Positions 14,360 through 27,831 of a DNA stretch of 64,000 nucleotides are shown here, one piece after another. The stretch is from Planktothrix sp. GU0601_MAG3 (GTDB lineage Bacteria > Cyanobacteriota > Cyanobacteriia > Cyanobacteriales > Microcoleaceae): positions 192,001 through 256,000 of the forward strand of contig CP136572.1 in NCBI GenBank assembly GCA_035193785.1, written 5' to 3'. The notes under the pieces were generated by a model. That model saw only the letters and a list, made by a program, of their open reading frames with translations, was not told where the DNA came from and ran no database searches. Made by a program: the position numbers and the translations under genes. Numbering within the stretch: position 1 is the stretch's first letter; every line of letters starts with the position of its first letter.

Positions 14360-14366
14360 GTCTGAT

Positions 14367-16518
14367 CTACTTCGTTGCCGCAGTCCGGGCTGCCGCAGCT
14401 TCATCGGGGTGAATATTCAGACGGGTCAGATTAATCCGACCTTTGCTGTCAATTTCCCGAACTTTGACAATTACCTCATCCCCCACCGAGACTTCATCCT
14501 CTACCCGAGGGACTCGATAATCGGCTAACTGGGAAATATGAATCATTCCTTCTTTGCCGGGGAGTAATTCCACAAACGCCCCAATTGGAATAATCCGGGT
14601 AATTCGGCCCACATACACATCCCCGGCATTCAGTTTGCGGGTCATGCCTTGAATAATTTGATAGGCGCGGGCCGCATTTTCGCTATCCGTGGAAGCAATT
14701 GTTACCGTGCCATCATCATCAATATCAATCTTGACTCCGGTTTCTTCCGTAATCCCCTTAATGGTTTTCCCACCGGGCCCAATTACCAAACCAATCAAAT
14801 CAGGATCGATTTTCAAGGTTAACAACCGAGGGGCGTAGGGCGATAAATCAGAACGAGGTTTGCCAATCACCTCTAACATTTTTTCCAGGATATGCAGTCG
14901 GGCAGGTTTAGCCTGATAAATGGCATCGGCCACCGTCTTCATCGGCAACCCGGTGATTTTCATATCCATTTGCAGAGCAGTGACTCCGGTATCTGTCCCC
15001 GCTACCTTGAAGTCCATATCTCCTAAAAAGTCCTCGATTCCTTGGATATCAGTGAGAATCCGAACTTCTTCCCCTTCTCTGATTAATCCCATCGCCGCCC
15101 CACTCACGGGTTTAGAAATCGGCACCCCGGCATCCATCAGGGCTAGTGTTGAGCCACAGACCGAACCCATGGAAGTCGAACCATTGGAAGATAAGACCTC
15201 TGAAACCACCCGAATCACATAGGGAAACTGATCCTTAGAAGGTAATACCGGAACTAAGGCCCGTTCCGCTAAAGCTCCATGACCAATTTCCCGACGTCCG
15301 GGCGATCGCATGGGTTTAGTTTCCCCAACCGAATAGGGGGGAAAATTGTAGTGGTGCATATAGCGTTTTTCTTCCTGGGGATGCAAGTCATCCAAATCCT
15401 GGGCATCTCCCGGCGTCCCCAAAGTGGCAATTGATAATACTTGAGTTAAACCGCGATTAAACAAACCACTGCCATGTACCCGTTTCGGTAAACAACTGAC
15501 CTTACAGGATACCGGACGCACCTGATCCAAGCTGCGACCATCAACCCGCACGCTATCTTGAACAATTTGCTGACGCATCAAGGTCTTGGTGATGTCCTTG
15601 AAAATCTGACTCACCAATTTAGAATCCTCCGTTACCGCCACCCGGATCGGATCATCTTCAGATAAGGCTTCAATGGGAGCAAGCACTTCCTGTTCCTTAA
15701 TTTGATCCAAGTTGGCATCCCGGGCGGTTTTATCCAGGTCATGTTGCTGGAGAACCTGTTTAACTGGGAGAGTCACGCGATCGCGGACAAACTGGATTAA
15801 CCCCAGATTGCCTTCCGGTGGTAACCCTGGGTTCAATTCAATCCCTAAGTCCCGCATTAATTCTTCTTGGGCCTTGATTAAATCACAAACCGCTTCATAA
15901 CCAAAGTCGATCGCTTCGATAATATCCTGTTCCGGTAGTTGGTTCGCCCCCGCTTCCACCATCACCACGCCATCGGGGGAACCAGCCACGACTAAATCCA
16001 AATCCCCATTTTTCACTTCTCGGTAAGTCGGGTTAATAATAAAGTCATCTCCGACTAACCCCACCCGTACCGCAGCCATGGGCCCAAAAAAGGGAATTCT
16101 TGCCAAAATCACTGCTACAGAAGCACCCGTCACCGCTAATACATCCGGGGGTACTTGTTCATCCATCGACAGGGTTGTGGCCACAACCTGAATATCATCC
16201 CGCAACCAATGGGGAATCAGAGGACGCAAAGGACGGTCAATTAAACGACTGGTTAAGGTAACGCGATCGGGTGGACGACCTTCCCGACGTAAGAATCCCC
16301 CTGGAATTCTTCCCCCCGCGTACAGTCGCTCCTCGTAGTCCACCAACAAGGGCAGAAAGTCCAATCCGGGTCTACCTTCGGCGCGAGTCGCAGTTACTAG
16401 AAACTGATGTATCTCCAGACTCGATTAACACGGCTCCACCTGCCTGTGGCGCAAGTAAACCTATTTTGAGTCGAATATCCCGTCCATCAAAGGATATCGA
16501 CTTAATGATCTCTTCCAT
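14367..16518 (-). CDS. pnp: Polyribonucleotide nucleotidyltransferase (apparent frameshift at 16400-16404)
   Basis: Two RNase PH domains ([23 protein letters not shown]) plus KH and S1 domains. N-terminus [15 protein letters not shown] lies in another frame. Confidence 0.98.
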
Positions 16519-17023
16519 GTATTTTATCTTCCTTCTTCTTCCACTATTCTCTCTCTGTCGCCATCGTAACACGGTGATGAGTATGGGTAGGGAGTGTATA
16601 AACACTCGCAATCAACCCTTAGTCATTAACAGTTAACAGTCTTCTAGCCACGCTTTCACAAGCAACAGAGGGAGTTTTAAAGTTGGACTGAGGTTTCTCG
16701 GTCTTCAATCCTATCCTACCTCACCGATTGAGGTTGATTTTAACTGAATCCCTGTGTTTTGGAAACCTGAGTTCCGTTCTTCATTATAGTTGCTGACCAT
16801 CTCAATGAAATAATTCTGCTCTGCAAATATCGGTTCGATAGGACTCCTGACAAAATAACCCCCGTTTTTCCTGTAACCTTAACGGAATATAATTTCAGTA
16901 GGAATAGAATTGACAGCCTAACACTAAGGTGCGATCGCTCAATTGGCGGTGAGTCTTAGGAAATTGGTATTTTTTGGAGAAGAATAGTAAGGGCAATCGG
17001 CTTCAATAATCAATAATACAATC

Positions 17024-18413
17024 ATGAAAATTAAAGTCAAAAATCTTGGGGTTTTAAAACAAGCTGAATTCACTTTGGGAGACCTAACAATCTTATCTGG
17101 CTGTAATAATACGGGCAAGACCTATGCCACCTATGCGTTATTTGGTTTTTTGTCTATTTGGCAACGGATGTTTTCCATTGAAATCAGTGATGACAAGATT
17201 GATCAACTCCTCGCTGATGGGGTGATTCATCTTGATATACAAGAATATGTTAAACAGTCTGAGCAGATTATTATTAAAGCTTGTCAAGAATATACTCAAC
17301 AATTACCTAAGATTTTTGCAACATCAACTGAACGTTTTAAAAAAACCGAGTTTCAAGTAGAAATCGATATCAATGATATTAAGTTAATAGACAAATTTGA
17401 ACTAACCATCGGATCTACAAATATCGAAATATTTTCAATAATTAAACCTAAAGATAATAACACAGAATTAATTGTTACTTTATTAGTTGACAAAGAAAAT
17501 ATAAAAATTCCTATTGATATTGTGAAACGTCCTATTGCTGATGCTTTGAAAGAGATTATTTTTTCTCCGCTTTTTCCTCGCCCTTTCATTGCCAGTGCAG
17601 AGCGAACAGGTGTTGCTATTTTTCGTAAAGAGTTAATTTTTGCCCGGAGTCGCTTGCTTGGAGAAATGACCCAAACTGCTAATAATATTGATCTAATGGA
17701 GCTTTTATTCAAAGTTTATGACGATTACGCTCTACCAATTAAGAAGAATGTAGATTTTATCGAGAAACTTGAAACCCTTTTCAAAAAAAGTAGTTTCATT
17801 GCCGAGAATTACCCAGATATATTAGTCGATTTTGCTAATATTATTGGGGGTGAGTATACCGTTACCCAAAACGACGAACTTTACTATGTACCCAAAGGTA
17901 AACGAATTAAACTTTCAATGGATGAAAGTTCTAGTGCGGTTCGTTTCTCTATTAGATATTGGTTTTTACCTGCGACATGAAGCGCAACCGGGTGATTTAC
18001 TGATTGTAGACGAACCTGAACTCAATTTACACCCGGAAAATCAGCGCCGTGTTGCCCGACTTTTCGCTCGATTAGTTAATCTTGGAATTAAGGTTTTTAT
18101 CACGACCCACAGTGATTATATTGTTAAAGAATTGAATACCTTAATCATGCTTAACCATGATAAACTTCATCTCAAACGAATTGCGGAGCAAGAAGGTTAT
18201 CGACCCGAAGAACTAATTTCTTATGATCAAATAAAAGTCTATATTGCAGAAGAAGCACTTATAAAACTAGATGGGAGTAAGAAAAAAACAAAATGCCAAA
18301 CTCTAACACCCGCAGATATTAACCCAGAACTTGGGATTGAAGCTCGAAGTTTTGATCCAACAATTGAAACCATGAATCGAATTCAAGAAGCAATTGTCTG
18401 GGGTGCGGAGTAA
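17024..18413 (+). CDS. ABC/SMC-like ATPase (AAA_15/AAA_21-like), ~462 aa (apparent frameshift at 17943-17947)
   Basis: Walker A GCNNTGKT, signature SSSAVRSL, Walker B LLIVDEPELNLHP, H-loop ITTHS; no transmembrane partner. Confidence 0.85.
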
Positions 18414-18961
18414 TGTCTGATATTGCTATTTTGAAAGAGATGATTAAAGAAACTGCTACAGTAGCATTAGAAGATCACTACAACAAAAAGAAAGTTATAC
18501 TCAGAGAACCTCCACCTGCAAACTATTCAGTCACAATTCATGGAATGCCTAATGATGATGAGGTCATTATTATCAAAACAGATACTTTTAGCTCACCTAA
18601 TCAAGTTTTTCAAGGAAATAACGGTGAATGTAAGCGTGCAGATTTTGTTATTATTGCTAATACTGAAACCCAAAAAGTTATTGTCTATATTGAGATGAAA
18701 GCAGGAAAAGGAGGATTGGAAAAAGAAATTATCCAACAGCTTAAAGGAACGCAGTGTTTTATTGCTTATTGTCGGGAAATTGGTCAGTTATTTTGGAATA
18801 ATCCAAATTTCCTCAAAGATTATGAGTATCGTTTTATTAGTATTAAGAATATTAGTGTTTCTAAGAAACCATCACGGACTAAAACAGCTATTCATGATCG
18901 TCCAGAGCAAATTCTGAAAATTAGTTCCCCGAAACACCTTGAATTTGATAAGTTGCTATAA
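18413..18961 (+). CDS. Hypothetical protein, putative PD-(D/E)xK nuclease fold
   Basis: CKRADFVII...IVYIEMK...QQL pattern; translationally coupled to the ATPase (TAATG overlap). Confidence 0.6.
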   Translation: MSDIAILKEMIKETATVALEDHYNKKKVILREPPPANYSVTIHGMPNDDEVIIIKTDTFSSPNQVFQGNNGECKRADFVIIANTETQKVIVYIEMKAGKGGLEKEIIQQLKGTQCFIAYCREIGQLFWNNPNFLKDYEYRFISIKNISVSKKPSRTKTAIHDRPEQILKISSPKHLEFDKLL

Positions 18962-19093
18962 AAATAATATCCTGAAATACTTCTCAAAATTCTTCCATAG
19001 TTTTGATTCTTAATTAAATCTCTAATTTTTAAATTCCGTTTTAATGAATCAAGACAGAATATAATCAATACAGCACAGTTACAGGTTGACTAA

Positions 19094-22000
19094 ATGGCAA
19101 TTTTACATGGAAGTTGGTGCATGAAGTCCAAGGGGTCTTTTTTCCTCTGGGGAGAAACCTGGCGGCGAGTCCCGTCGGAGTCCCTTTATTCAGAATCAAT
19201 TTTCCCCTATCCCTTTGCTTTAAATGATACAGAATTATTGACCCAACCCTTATTAAAAAATATTGGGTTATCAAATATTATATCCCAAGAAATTATAGCG
19301 TTACCAACAGATATTTCTGAATCTGGAGACCTGACTCCGATTTATTCTGCTACAACTAATATTCCTAAATCCTATCTTTATCCTTGGCAAATTACGGGAA
19401 TTTGTCTTAACCCCCAACAGGCGTTTGAATTTTTACAATCCCTACCCTTAAATACTGTTATCACATCTGATTCCGACCTGGGGGAAGATCTGCGTTTTTG
19501 GTCACATATTGCCCGTTGGAGTTTGGATTTATTAGCCCGATCTAAATTTTTACCCGGATTAATTAAACAATCTGATCAAACTATTATATCCCAATGGCAA
19601 CCGCTTCTTGATAGTGCGATTGATCAAGCTAGATTATTACGTTTTGCCCAACAAATGCCAACGGTTTGTCGAGTGTATCAGGAGTTAATAGAGGGTGATA
19701 GTTTAGCGATTAATTTACCCCTTTCTGCTGAGGATATTATTATTAATTTTTTATCGATAATGATTGATCAACAGGTGAGAAATATAGCTAAGGAAGTTAA
19801 TCAAAAAGCGATTATATCAATTCCAATTTGGCAAAAATGGTTAAAGAGTTTAGGAGAAAAAGAAAATATTATTCATGCCGAATTAACAGAAATCGAATCC
19901 TTAGAAACCACTTTAAAAAATTGGACTTCCCCCCTACAATATTCTTTATCTGAACCTAATCTATTTACGACGGCTTTTCATTTACATCCTCCCACAGAAT
20001 ATAATCCTAATTGGCAATTAGAATATTGTCTCCAAGCTATTGATCAACCTGAATTTATTGTTAATTCTAATATTGTTTGGAATCATCCCGTTGACTCCTT
20101 TAATTATCGAGGGAGAAACCATTAAACATCCCCAGGAAACCCTGTTAAAAGGCTTGGGACTGGCTTCAAAATTATATCCGGTGATTGAAACCAGTTTACA
20201 GCAAGCACGCCCCCAAAGCTGTAGTTTAAATCCTTTACAAGCTTATCAATTTTTGAAAAGCTATGCTTGGCGTTTTACTGATAGTGGTTTAGGGGTAATA
20301 TTACCTCCGAGTTTAGCAAATCGAGAGGGATGGGCGAGTCGATTGGGATTAAGTATTAAAGCAGAAACGCCTAAATTAAAAACTAATGAAAGATTAGGAT
20401 TAAAAAGTTTATTAAACTTTAAATGGCAATTATCAATTGGTGGTCAAACCATGACTAAGGCGGAATTTGATCGCTTAGTTGCTAAGGAAAGTCCGTTAGT
20501 AGAAATTAATGGGGAATGGGTGGAGTTACGGGAATCTGATATTAGGTCAGCAAAGATATTTTTTAGTCAACGAAAAGATGAAATGACGCTTTCCTTAGAA
20601 GATGCTTTAAGGTTATCAACGGGAGATACTCAAATGATTGAAAAATTACCAGTTGTTAACTTTGAAGCGGGCGGAAAATTACAGGAATTATTGAATACTT
20701 TAACCAATAATCGTAACTTAGAACCAATTCCGAATCCTCAAGATTTCAAAGGGGAATTACGACCCTATCAAGCTAGGGGTGCAGGTTGGTTATCTTTCCT
20801 AGAACAATGGGGTTTAGGAGCTTGTTTAGCTGATGATATGGGATTGGGAAAAACCATAGAATTTATTGCTTTTTTACTGCATTTAAAAGAACAAAATAGT
20901 TTAGAAAATCCGGTTTTATTGGTTTGTCCAACATCGGTTTTAGGTAATTGGGAACGGGAGGTTAAAAAGTTCAGTCCCACCCTAAAAGTTATGGTTCATC
21001 ATGGGGACAAACGCGCCAAAGGTAAAAATTTTGCTAAAATAATTCAAGATAAAAATTTAGTGATTACCAGTTATCCCCTAACCTTCCGAGACGAGAAAGA
21101 ATTGCAAGGGGTAACTTGGCAAGGATTGGTATTAGATGAAGCTCAAAACATTAAAAATCCCGATGCTAAACAATCAAAAACCGTTAGAAATATTAACGCA
21201 TCGTTTAAAATAGCATTAACAGGAACTCCGGTAGAAAATCGCCTCTCGGAATTGTGGTCAATTATGGATTTCTTGAATCCAGGATATTTAGGACAACGGC
21301 TATTTTTTCAACGACGGTTTGCAATTCCCATTGAAAAATATGGGGATACGGACTCTTTAAAGATTTTGCGATCGCTCGTTCAACCCTTTATTTTACGTCG
21401 GTTAAAAACCGATAAAGATATTATTCAAGATCTACCCGAAAAACAGGAAAATATAGTCTTTTGTCCTTTAACAAATGAACAAGCAACTCTCTATCAAAAA
21501 ATTGTCGATGACTCCTTAGCAAAAATTGATGATGCGGAAGGAATTCAACGCCGAGGAATGATTTTAGCTTTATTAGTGAAACTGAAACAAATTTGTAATC
21601 ATCCGGTTTTAATCGAAGCTAAAGTTAAAAATAGTAAAAATTCGGAATTAATTAAAATTCAATATTCCGGTAAATTACAACGTTTAACGGAAATGTTAGA
21701 TGAGGTTTTAGCAGAAGGCGATCACGCTTTAATTTTTACTCAATTTGCTGAATGGGGAAAGGTATTACAACCCTATTTAGAACATTATTTCAAGCGAGAA
21801 ATATTATTTTTATATGGGAGTACCTCAAAAAATAAACGAGAAGAAATGATCGATCGCTTTCAAAATGATCCCCAAGCTCCTCCAATTATGATATTATCGT
21901 TAAAAGCCGGAGGAGTAGGATTAAATTTAACCCGGGCAAATCATGTTTTTCACTTTGACCGATGGTGGAACCCCGCAGTGGAAAATCAAGCGACAGATCG

Positions 22001-22223
22001 AGTTTTTAGAATTGGTCAAACCCGCAATGTACAAGTACATAAATTTGTTTGTACAGGAACATTAGAGGAAAAAATCCATGATTTAATTGAAAGTAAAAAA
22101 GCCTTAGCGGAACAGGTTGTTAGTGCGGGAGAAGATTGGTTAACAAATTTAGATACCGATCAACTCAGAGATCTATTAATATTAGATCGGAACTCAATTA
22201 TTGAAGAAGAAACCCCATTATAG
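19094..22223 (+). CDS. SNF2-family helicase (apparent frameshift at 20115-20119)
   Basis: MAILHGSW N-terminus, LADDMGLGKT, DEAQ, TGTPVEN, QATDRVFRIGQ. Confidence 0.93.
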
Positions 22224-22305
22224 CCCCGTTGTTGCGCTTCAGCGCATCTTATCTTATCTTATAATAATTATGTGCGCTAAACACAACAACGGGAAGGAGG
22301 ATAAA

Positions 22306-23133
22306 ATGAGTCAGGAATGGTGGTCACAACAATGGTTAGATTTATTAGACAAATATCGGTTTAAAAAACGCTTGGAACGAGCCAGAAACTATGCTAGAGA
22401 AGGTAACGTTTTAAATATTGAATTTAAAGATCAAAAAGTTTTGGCACAGGTTCATGGGACTCAAATCGAACCTTATACTGTTTCCTTGTGGTTGGATATA
22501 TTTAGTGAAGAAGAATGGAATTATATTATCGCCACCCTATCACAACGGGCGATTTTTAGTGCTAAATTATTAGCTGGAGAAATGCCCCAGGATATTGAGG
22601 ATGTATTTGCCGCCAATGGGTTAAGATTATTTCCTTTTTCCCTAGATAATGTTCATTCTGAATGTAGTTGTCCAGATCAAGCTAATCCCTGTAAACATAT
22701 TGCCGCAGTTTATTATATGTTAGGCGATCGCTTTAGTGAAGATCCTTTTGTTCTATTTCAACTTAGGGGAAAAAATGCCGAACAAATTATTAATGCTTTG
22801 CGACAGTTACGAGGTCAAAGTAAAGATGAAATTAATGCTGCTACCTCGGAAGAAATAACGATAAAATTCAACAACCCTAATTCATTAAAAATCGATCAAT
22901 TTTGGAATTACTCTCAACAGCTAGATTCGGGTTTAGTTGTAATTACACCGCCTCCGAGTAGTGAAACGGTACTGGATATTTTAGGGGCAATAACCTTAAC
23001 CACAATTGGGATTAAGTCTACAAATCGTGCTACATTATCCGACACAGATATTGTAATGCAATATTTAGAAACAGTCTACAAAAATGTCAGCCAGCAAGCG
23101 GTTTTAGTGGCACTTAATCGAGAAGAAAATTAA
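22306..23133 (+). CDS. SWIM zinc-finger protein
   Basis: CSCPDQANPCKH motif; AAGGAGG RBS before ATG 22306; usual partner of this SNF2 family. Confidence 0.9.
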   Translation: MSQEWWSQQWLDLLDKYRFKKRLERARNYAREGNVLNIEFKDQKVLAQVHGTQIEPYTVSLWLDIFSEEEWNYIIATLSQRAIFSAKLLAGEMPQDIEDVFAANGLRLFPFSLDNVHSECSCPDQANPCKHIAAVYYMLGDRFSEDPFVLFQLRGKNAEQIINALRQLRGQSKDEINAATSEEITIKFNNPNSLKIDQFWNYSQQLDSGLVVITPPPSSETVLDILGAITLTTIGIKSTNRATLSDTDIVMQYLETVYKNVSQQAVLVALNREEN

Positions 23134-23273
23134 TTAATTAATCAACAAAATCGGGTAATTTGGTGTCTGGTATGTTAAAAACAAGATCAGGTAGGTGATC
23201 ATATTCATCAAGATTGTCAACCTCTAATGTAAAAATGAGAAGTGTAGCCTTGCGTTAGGGATGGTTTAGAATC

Positions 23274-24591
23274 GTGGTTTTTAAAATTGGCTTATTAGGA
23301 CTGGGAAACAGTTGCCACCGGAGTGGTTGAAATTCTGTCCAACCCGGAGGGTCGTCATCCGTTGTTATCGGAGTTAAGTTTGCATCGGGTGGGGGTGCGA
23401 TCGCTTTCTAAACCCCGCAGTGTCAATATACCGGAATATATGCTGACAACGGATTTAGAAGCAATTGTCATTGATCCGGCCGTTGATATTGTGGTGGAAT
23501 TAATTGGCGGTTTGGAACCGGCGCGATCGCTGATTTTACAAGCGATTGAAAATGGCAAACATATTGTCACCGCCAATAAAGCCGTAATTTCCCGTTATGG
23601 GAGTGAAATTTTTGATGCGGCGAATAAAAAAGGGGTTTATGTGATGTTGGAAGCCACCGTCGGGGGCGGAATTCCGGTGATTCAACCCTTAAAACAATCC
23701 TTGGGTGCGAATCGAATTCAAACAGTCACCGGAATTATTAATGGCACAACTAACTATATTTTGACCCGGATGAAAAATGAGGGGGCAGATTTCTCTGAAG
23801 TCTTAGCGGATGCTCAACGGTTAGGATATGCAGAAGCTGACCCCACCGCCGATATTGATGGCTTAGATGCGGGAGATAAAATTGCGATTCTGGCATCTTT
23901 AGCTTTTGGGGGCAGAATTAAGTTAGAACAGGTTTATTGTGAAGGAATTAGAAAGGTGACGGCGACGGATATCGCCTATGCGGAAAAATTGGGATTTGTG
24001 ATTAAGTTATTAGCGATCGCAGCCCGCAATCCCCAAGCGACTCCCGAACGGGATTTATTATCAGTTCGAGTTCATCCGACTTTAGTTCCATTTTCCCATC
24101 CGTTAGCCAGTATTAATGATGTTTATAATGCCATTTTAGTTGAAGGAGAACCGATTGGACAGGTGATGTTTTTTGGCAGGGGAGCCGGATCTGGGCCGAC
24201 GGCGAGTGCTGTGGTTTCTGATATGTTGAATATTGTGGCTGTTTTACAAATGCAAGAAGCAGAAGTTGTTAATCCGATTGTTCCCCATGAAATGATGAGT
24301 TGTACCCATCAACATTACTGTAAAATTGCGCCGATGGAGGATTTAGTTACCCGTTTTTATACTCGGTTTCTCACCAAGGATTCTCCCGGGGTAATTGGCA
24401 AATTAGGCACTTGTTTTGGTCAGCATCAGGTTAGTATAGAATCGATTGTACAAACGGGATTCCATGAGAATTTAGCAGAAATTGTTGTAGTTACCCATGA
24501 TGTTTTGGAGGGTAATTTTAATCAGGCTTTAAGTGAAATTAAAAGTTTAGATGAAATTGACAGTATTCCCAGTATTTTAAGGGTACTGTAA
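23274..24591 (+). CDS. hom: Homoserine dehydrogenase with ACT domain (apparent frameshift at 23305-23309)
   Basis: Repaired N-terminus KIGLLGLGTVATG; VTANK, NGTTNYIL, GYAEADP. Confidence 0.95.
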
Positions 24592-24593
24592 AT

Positions 24594-24822
24594 CAGTTAT
24601 CAGTAAACAGTTATCAGTTATCAGTGTAAGATTTATTAGTTATCAGTGCAAAATTTATTAGTTATCAGTTGACAGTAAAGAGTTCATTGTTAATATTTGT
24701 GGACTAAAAACAGTTAACTGGTAGGGGCGGGTTCTTTTAGATCTTTGCTAATCACTGCGCATCTTGATGAACCCGCCCCTACAACAGATGACTGTTAACT
24801 GATGACCGATGACTGATGACTG
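24594..24822. repeat. STRR-type (AGTTATC)n arms around a GTAG REP-like hairpin
   Basis: CAGTTATCAGT repeats at 24594-24675; GTAGGGGCGGGTTC...GAACCCGCCCCTAC at 24721-24782; reverse-type ACTGATG repeats after it. Confidence 0.75.
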
Positions 24823-24880
24823 ATTCCGTAGGTTATGATAGATATATTCATATTTCTTAATTTTTGTTTACAAAACCCCG

Positions 24881-26243
24881 ATGACTGCAACAAGCATTGC
24901 CAAAACCAAGCAATTCTTTAAGAAAACCATATTTTTTGACAACGAGCCAACCCCAGAAACTGATAGCCATTTTGCTGGTGTACTTTGTCCAGGGAATTTT
25001 AGGACTGGCCCGTTTGGGGGTGAGTTTTTTCCTCAAGGATGAACTGGGAATGAGCCCGGCGCAAGTGTCAATATTACTGGGAATTGTGGCGATTCCCTGG
25101 ATTATTAAACCCCTATTTGGCTTTATTTCCGACGGTCTACCGATTTTTGGTTATCGTCGCCGTCCCTATCTAATTCTCTCAGGATTGTTAGGAACCCTAT
25201 CCTGGGTCGCCATGGCCACAATTGTTCATACTCCTTTAGCCGCTACGGGGGCGATTGCCTTGAGTTCCCTTTCCGTGGCCATTGGCGATGTAATTGTCGA
25301 TTCCTTAGTGGTTGAAAGAGCCCGTCACGAATCAATTAATAATATTGGTTCGCTGCAATCAGCTTCCTGGGGAGCTTCGGCCATAGGTGGATTAATTACA
25401 GCCTATTTAGGGGGGTTTTTATTAGAGAAATTTCCCCCCCAAACCATATTTTTAATTACAGCAACTTTTCCCTTAATTACTTCCATAGTGGCGGGATTAA
25501 TTGCAGAGGAATTTCAGGGTCAACCTTCTAATTGGCAAACGGTCAAATCTCAAATTAAAAATCTGCGCCAAGCCATTACTCAAAAATCAATCTGGTTGCC
25601 CACGGCCTTTATTTTTCTTTGGCAAGCCACACCCACGGCTGATTCGGCATTTTTCTTTTTTACCACTAATGAATTAGGATTTCAACCGGAATTTTTAGGG
25701 CGAGTTCGTTTGGTAACTAGCTTGGCATCCTTACTGGGAATTTGGCTATTTCAAAGATTTTTCAAGTCCCTTCCCTTTCGGACAATCTTTTTTTGGTCAA
25801 CAATTATTTCCACCCTATTAGGGATGACGATGTTAATATTAGTCACCCACACTAACCGAACCCTAGGAATTGATGATCATTGGTTTAGTTTGGGGGATAG
25901 TTTAATTCTAACTGTGATGGGACAAGTTGCCTATATGCCTGTTTTAATATTAGCGGCTCGCCTCTGTCCTCCTGGGGTAGAAGCCACATTATTTGCCCTA
26001 TTAATGTCAGTTTCTAATTTAGCGGGTTTAATTTCCCATCAATTAGGGGGTGTCCTCACCTATTGGTTAGGAATTACCGAAACCAATTTTGACCAATTAT
26101 GGTTACTGGTGATGATTACTAACCTCAGTACCTTATTACCGATTCCCTTAATTAATTGGTTGCCAAATAGTGGTGCAGAAATGAAACCCCCAACGGTCAG
26201 CATTGAAACCTCAGAACTTGATCAATTAACCGTAAATCCTTAA
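24881..26243 (+). CDS. Folate/biopterin (FBT) MFS transporter (apparent frameshift at 24956-24960)
   Basis: PWIIKPLFGFISDGLPIFGYRRRPY and LCPPGVEATLFALLMS. Repaired start MTATSIAKTKQFFKKTIFFDNEPTPELIAIL. Confidence 0.93.
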
Positions 26244-26253
26244 TTAAAAGACA

Positions 26254-27730
26254 ATGAAAAATACAATTTCTCAGCCAGCAAATCCCTTGTCCTACAGTAT
26301 CAAAGATTGGGCGAAAGGATATCTTTCTCAACCGAATGAATACGACTATTGGATTGAAGATATTGAAGGAGAAATTCCGACGGAACTAGAAGGAAACCCT
26401 CTATCGCAACGGCCCAGGTTTATTAGATATTAATGGACAAAGTTTTCGTCATCCCTTCGATGGCGATGGCATGATTTCTGCGATTCGCTTTACTAAAGGT
26501 ACGGCCCACTATTGTAACAAATTTGTCAAAACTCAAGGTTATTTAGACGAACAAAAAGCCGGAAAAATTCTCTATCGGGGGGTGTTTGGAACCCAAAAAT
26601 CTGGCGGATGGTTAGCAAATTTTATGGATTTAAAAATCAAAAATATTGCTAATACAAATGTTATTTCTTGGGCGGGAAAACTATTAGCATTATGGGAAGC
26701 AGCCCAACCCTATCGTCTGGATGAAAATACTTTAGAAACCATTGGAATTGATAATTTAGAGGGGATTTTAGAACCCGGAGATGCCTTTTCCGCCCATCCT
26801 CGAATTGATCCTAATTGTGAATGGCATGGCGGTGAACCCTGTTTAGTCAATTTTTCGATTAAACCAATGTTATCAACTACCATTACAATTTATGAAATTT
26901 CTACCCAAGGAAAGTTACTGAGAAAACAGCTTCATTCTGTGCCTGGATTTGCCTTTATTCACGATTTTGCTATTACTCCTAATTATTGTATTTTCTTCCA
27001 AAATCCAGTGCAGTTTAATCCCATTCCCTATTTATTGGGATTATCGGGGGCGGGAGAATGTATTAACTTTCAAACCCAAAAACCGACTAAAATTATTGTC
27101 ATTCCCCGGGATAAAAAGGGTGAAGGTGAAGTTAAATATTTTGAAATGCCCTTGGGATTTGTGTTTCATCATGCCAACGCCTACGAACAAGATGATACTC
27201 TATTTGTGGATTCTATTTGTTATCAATCCCTATCCCAAATTCGCCCCAATGAAGATTATCGAGAGACGGATTTTAGTACATTAGACCCCGGACAATTATG
27301 GCGTTTTTCCTTGGGTTTGACTACGGGAAAAATAGAGCGTCAACTGATTGAATCTCGCTGTTGTGAATTCCCATCTCTCCACCCAAATTATGTTGGTAGA
27401 CCCTATCGTTATTTATATTTAGGTGCCGGCCACGATGCCGAAGGAAATGCCCCCCTACAGGCGATTTTGAAAGTGGATTTAAAAACAAATCAGCGTCAAT
27501 TATGGAGTGCAGCCCCGACAGGATTTGTCAGTGAGCCCATATTTGTACCGAGGAAAAATGCGATCGCCGAGGATGATGGATGGGTGTTAACCGTGGTGTA
27601 TAATTCTGAAAATCATCGTTCCGAGATTGTCATTTTGGATGGTGGTGATTTGGGGAAAGGTGCCATCACTCGATTATACTTAAAACATCATATTCCCTAC
27701 GGTTTACATGGAACCTTCGTGCCTTTTTGA
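26254..27730 (+). CDS. Carotenoid cleavage oxygenase (RPE65 family; apparent frameshift at 26393-26397)
   Basis: EGTLYRNGPG, HPFDGDG, SAHP, IHDF, FHHAN, EPIFVPR and YGLHG (four His iron ligands). Confidence 0.93.
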
Positions 27731-27831
27731 AGTTCACCCTCTAATGATCCTACTAACGTTAAGATGGCTGATTCCCTCGATATGTTAGGGTAGGAGTACA
27801 GCATGAGCAGACTTTCCAGTGAGGCAGTCCG

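Noticed and set aside
19094..23133. SNF2 helicase as the missing ZorD
   Set aside because: It lies more than 30 kb away, is paired with its usual SWIM partner and shows no C-terminal nuclease domain.
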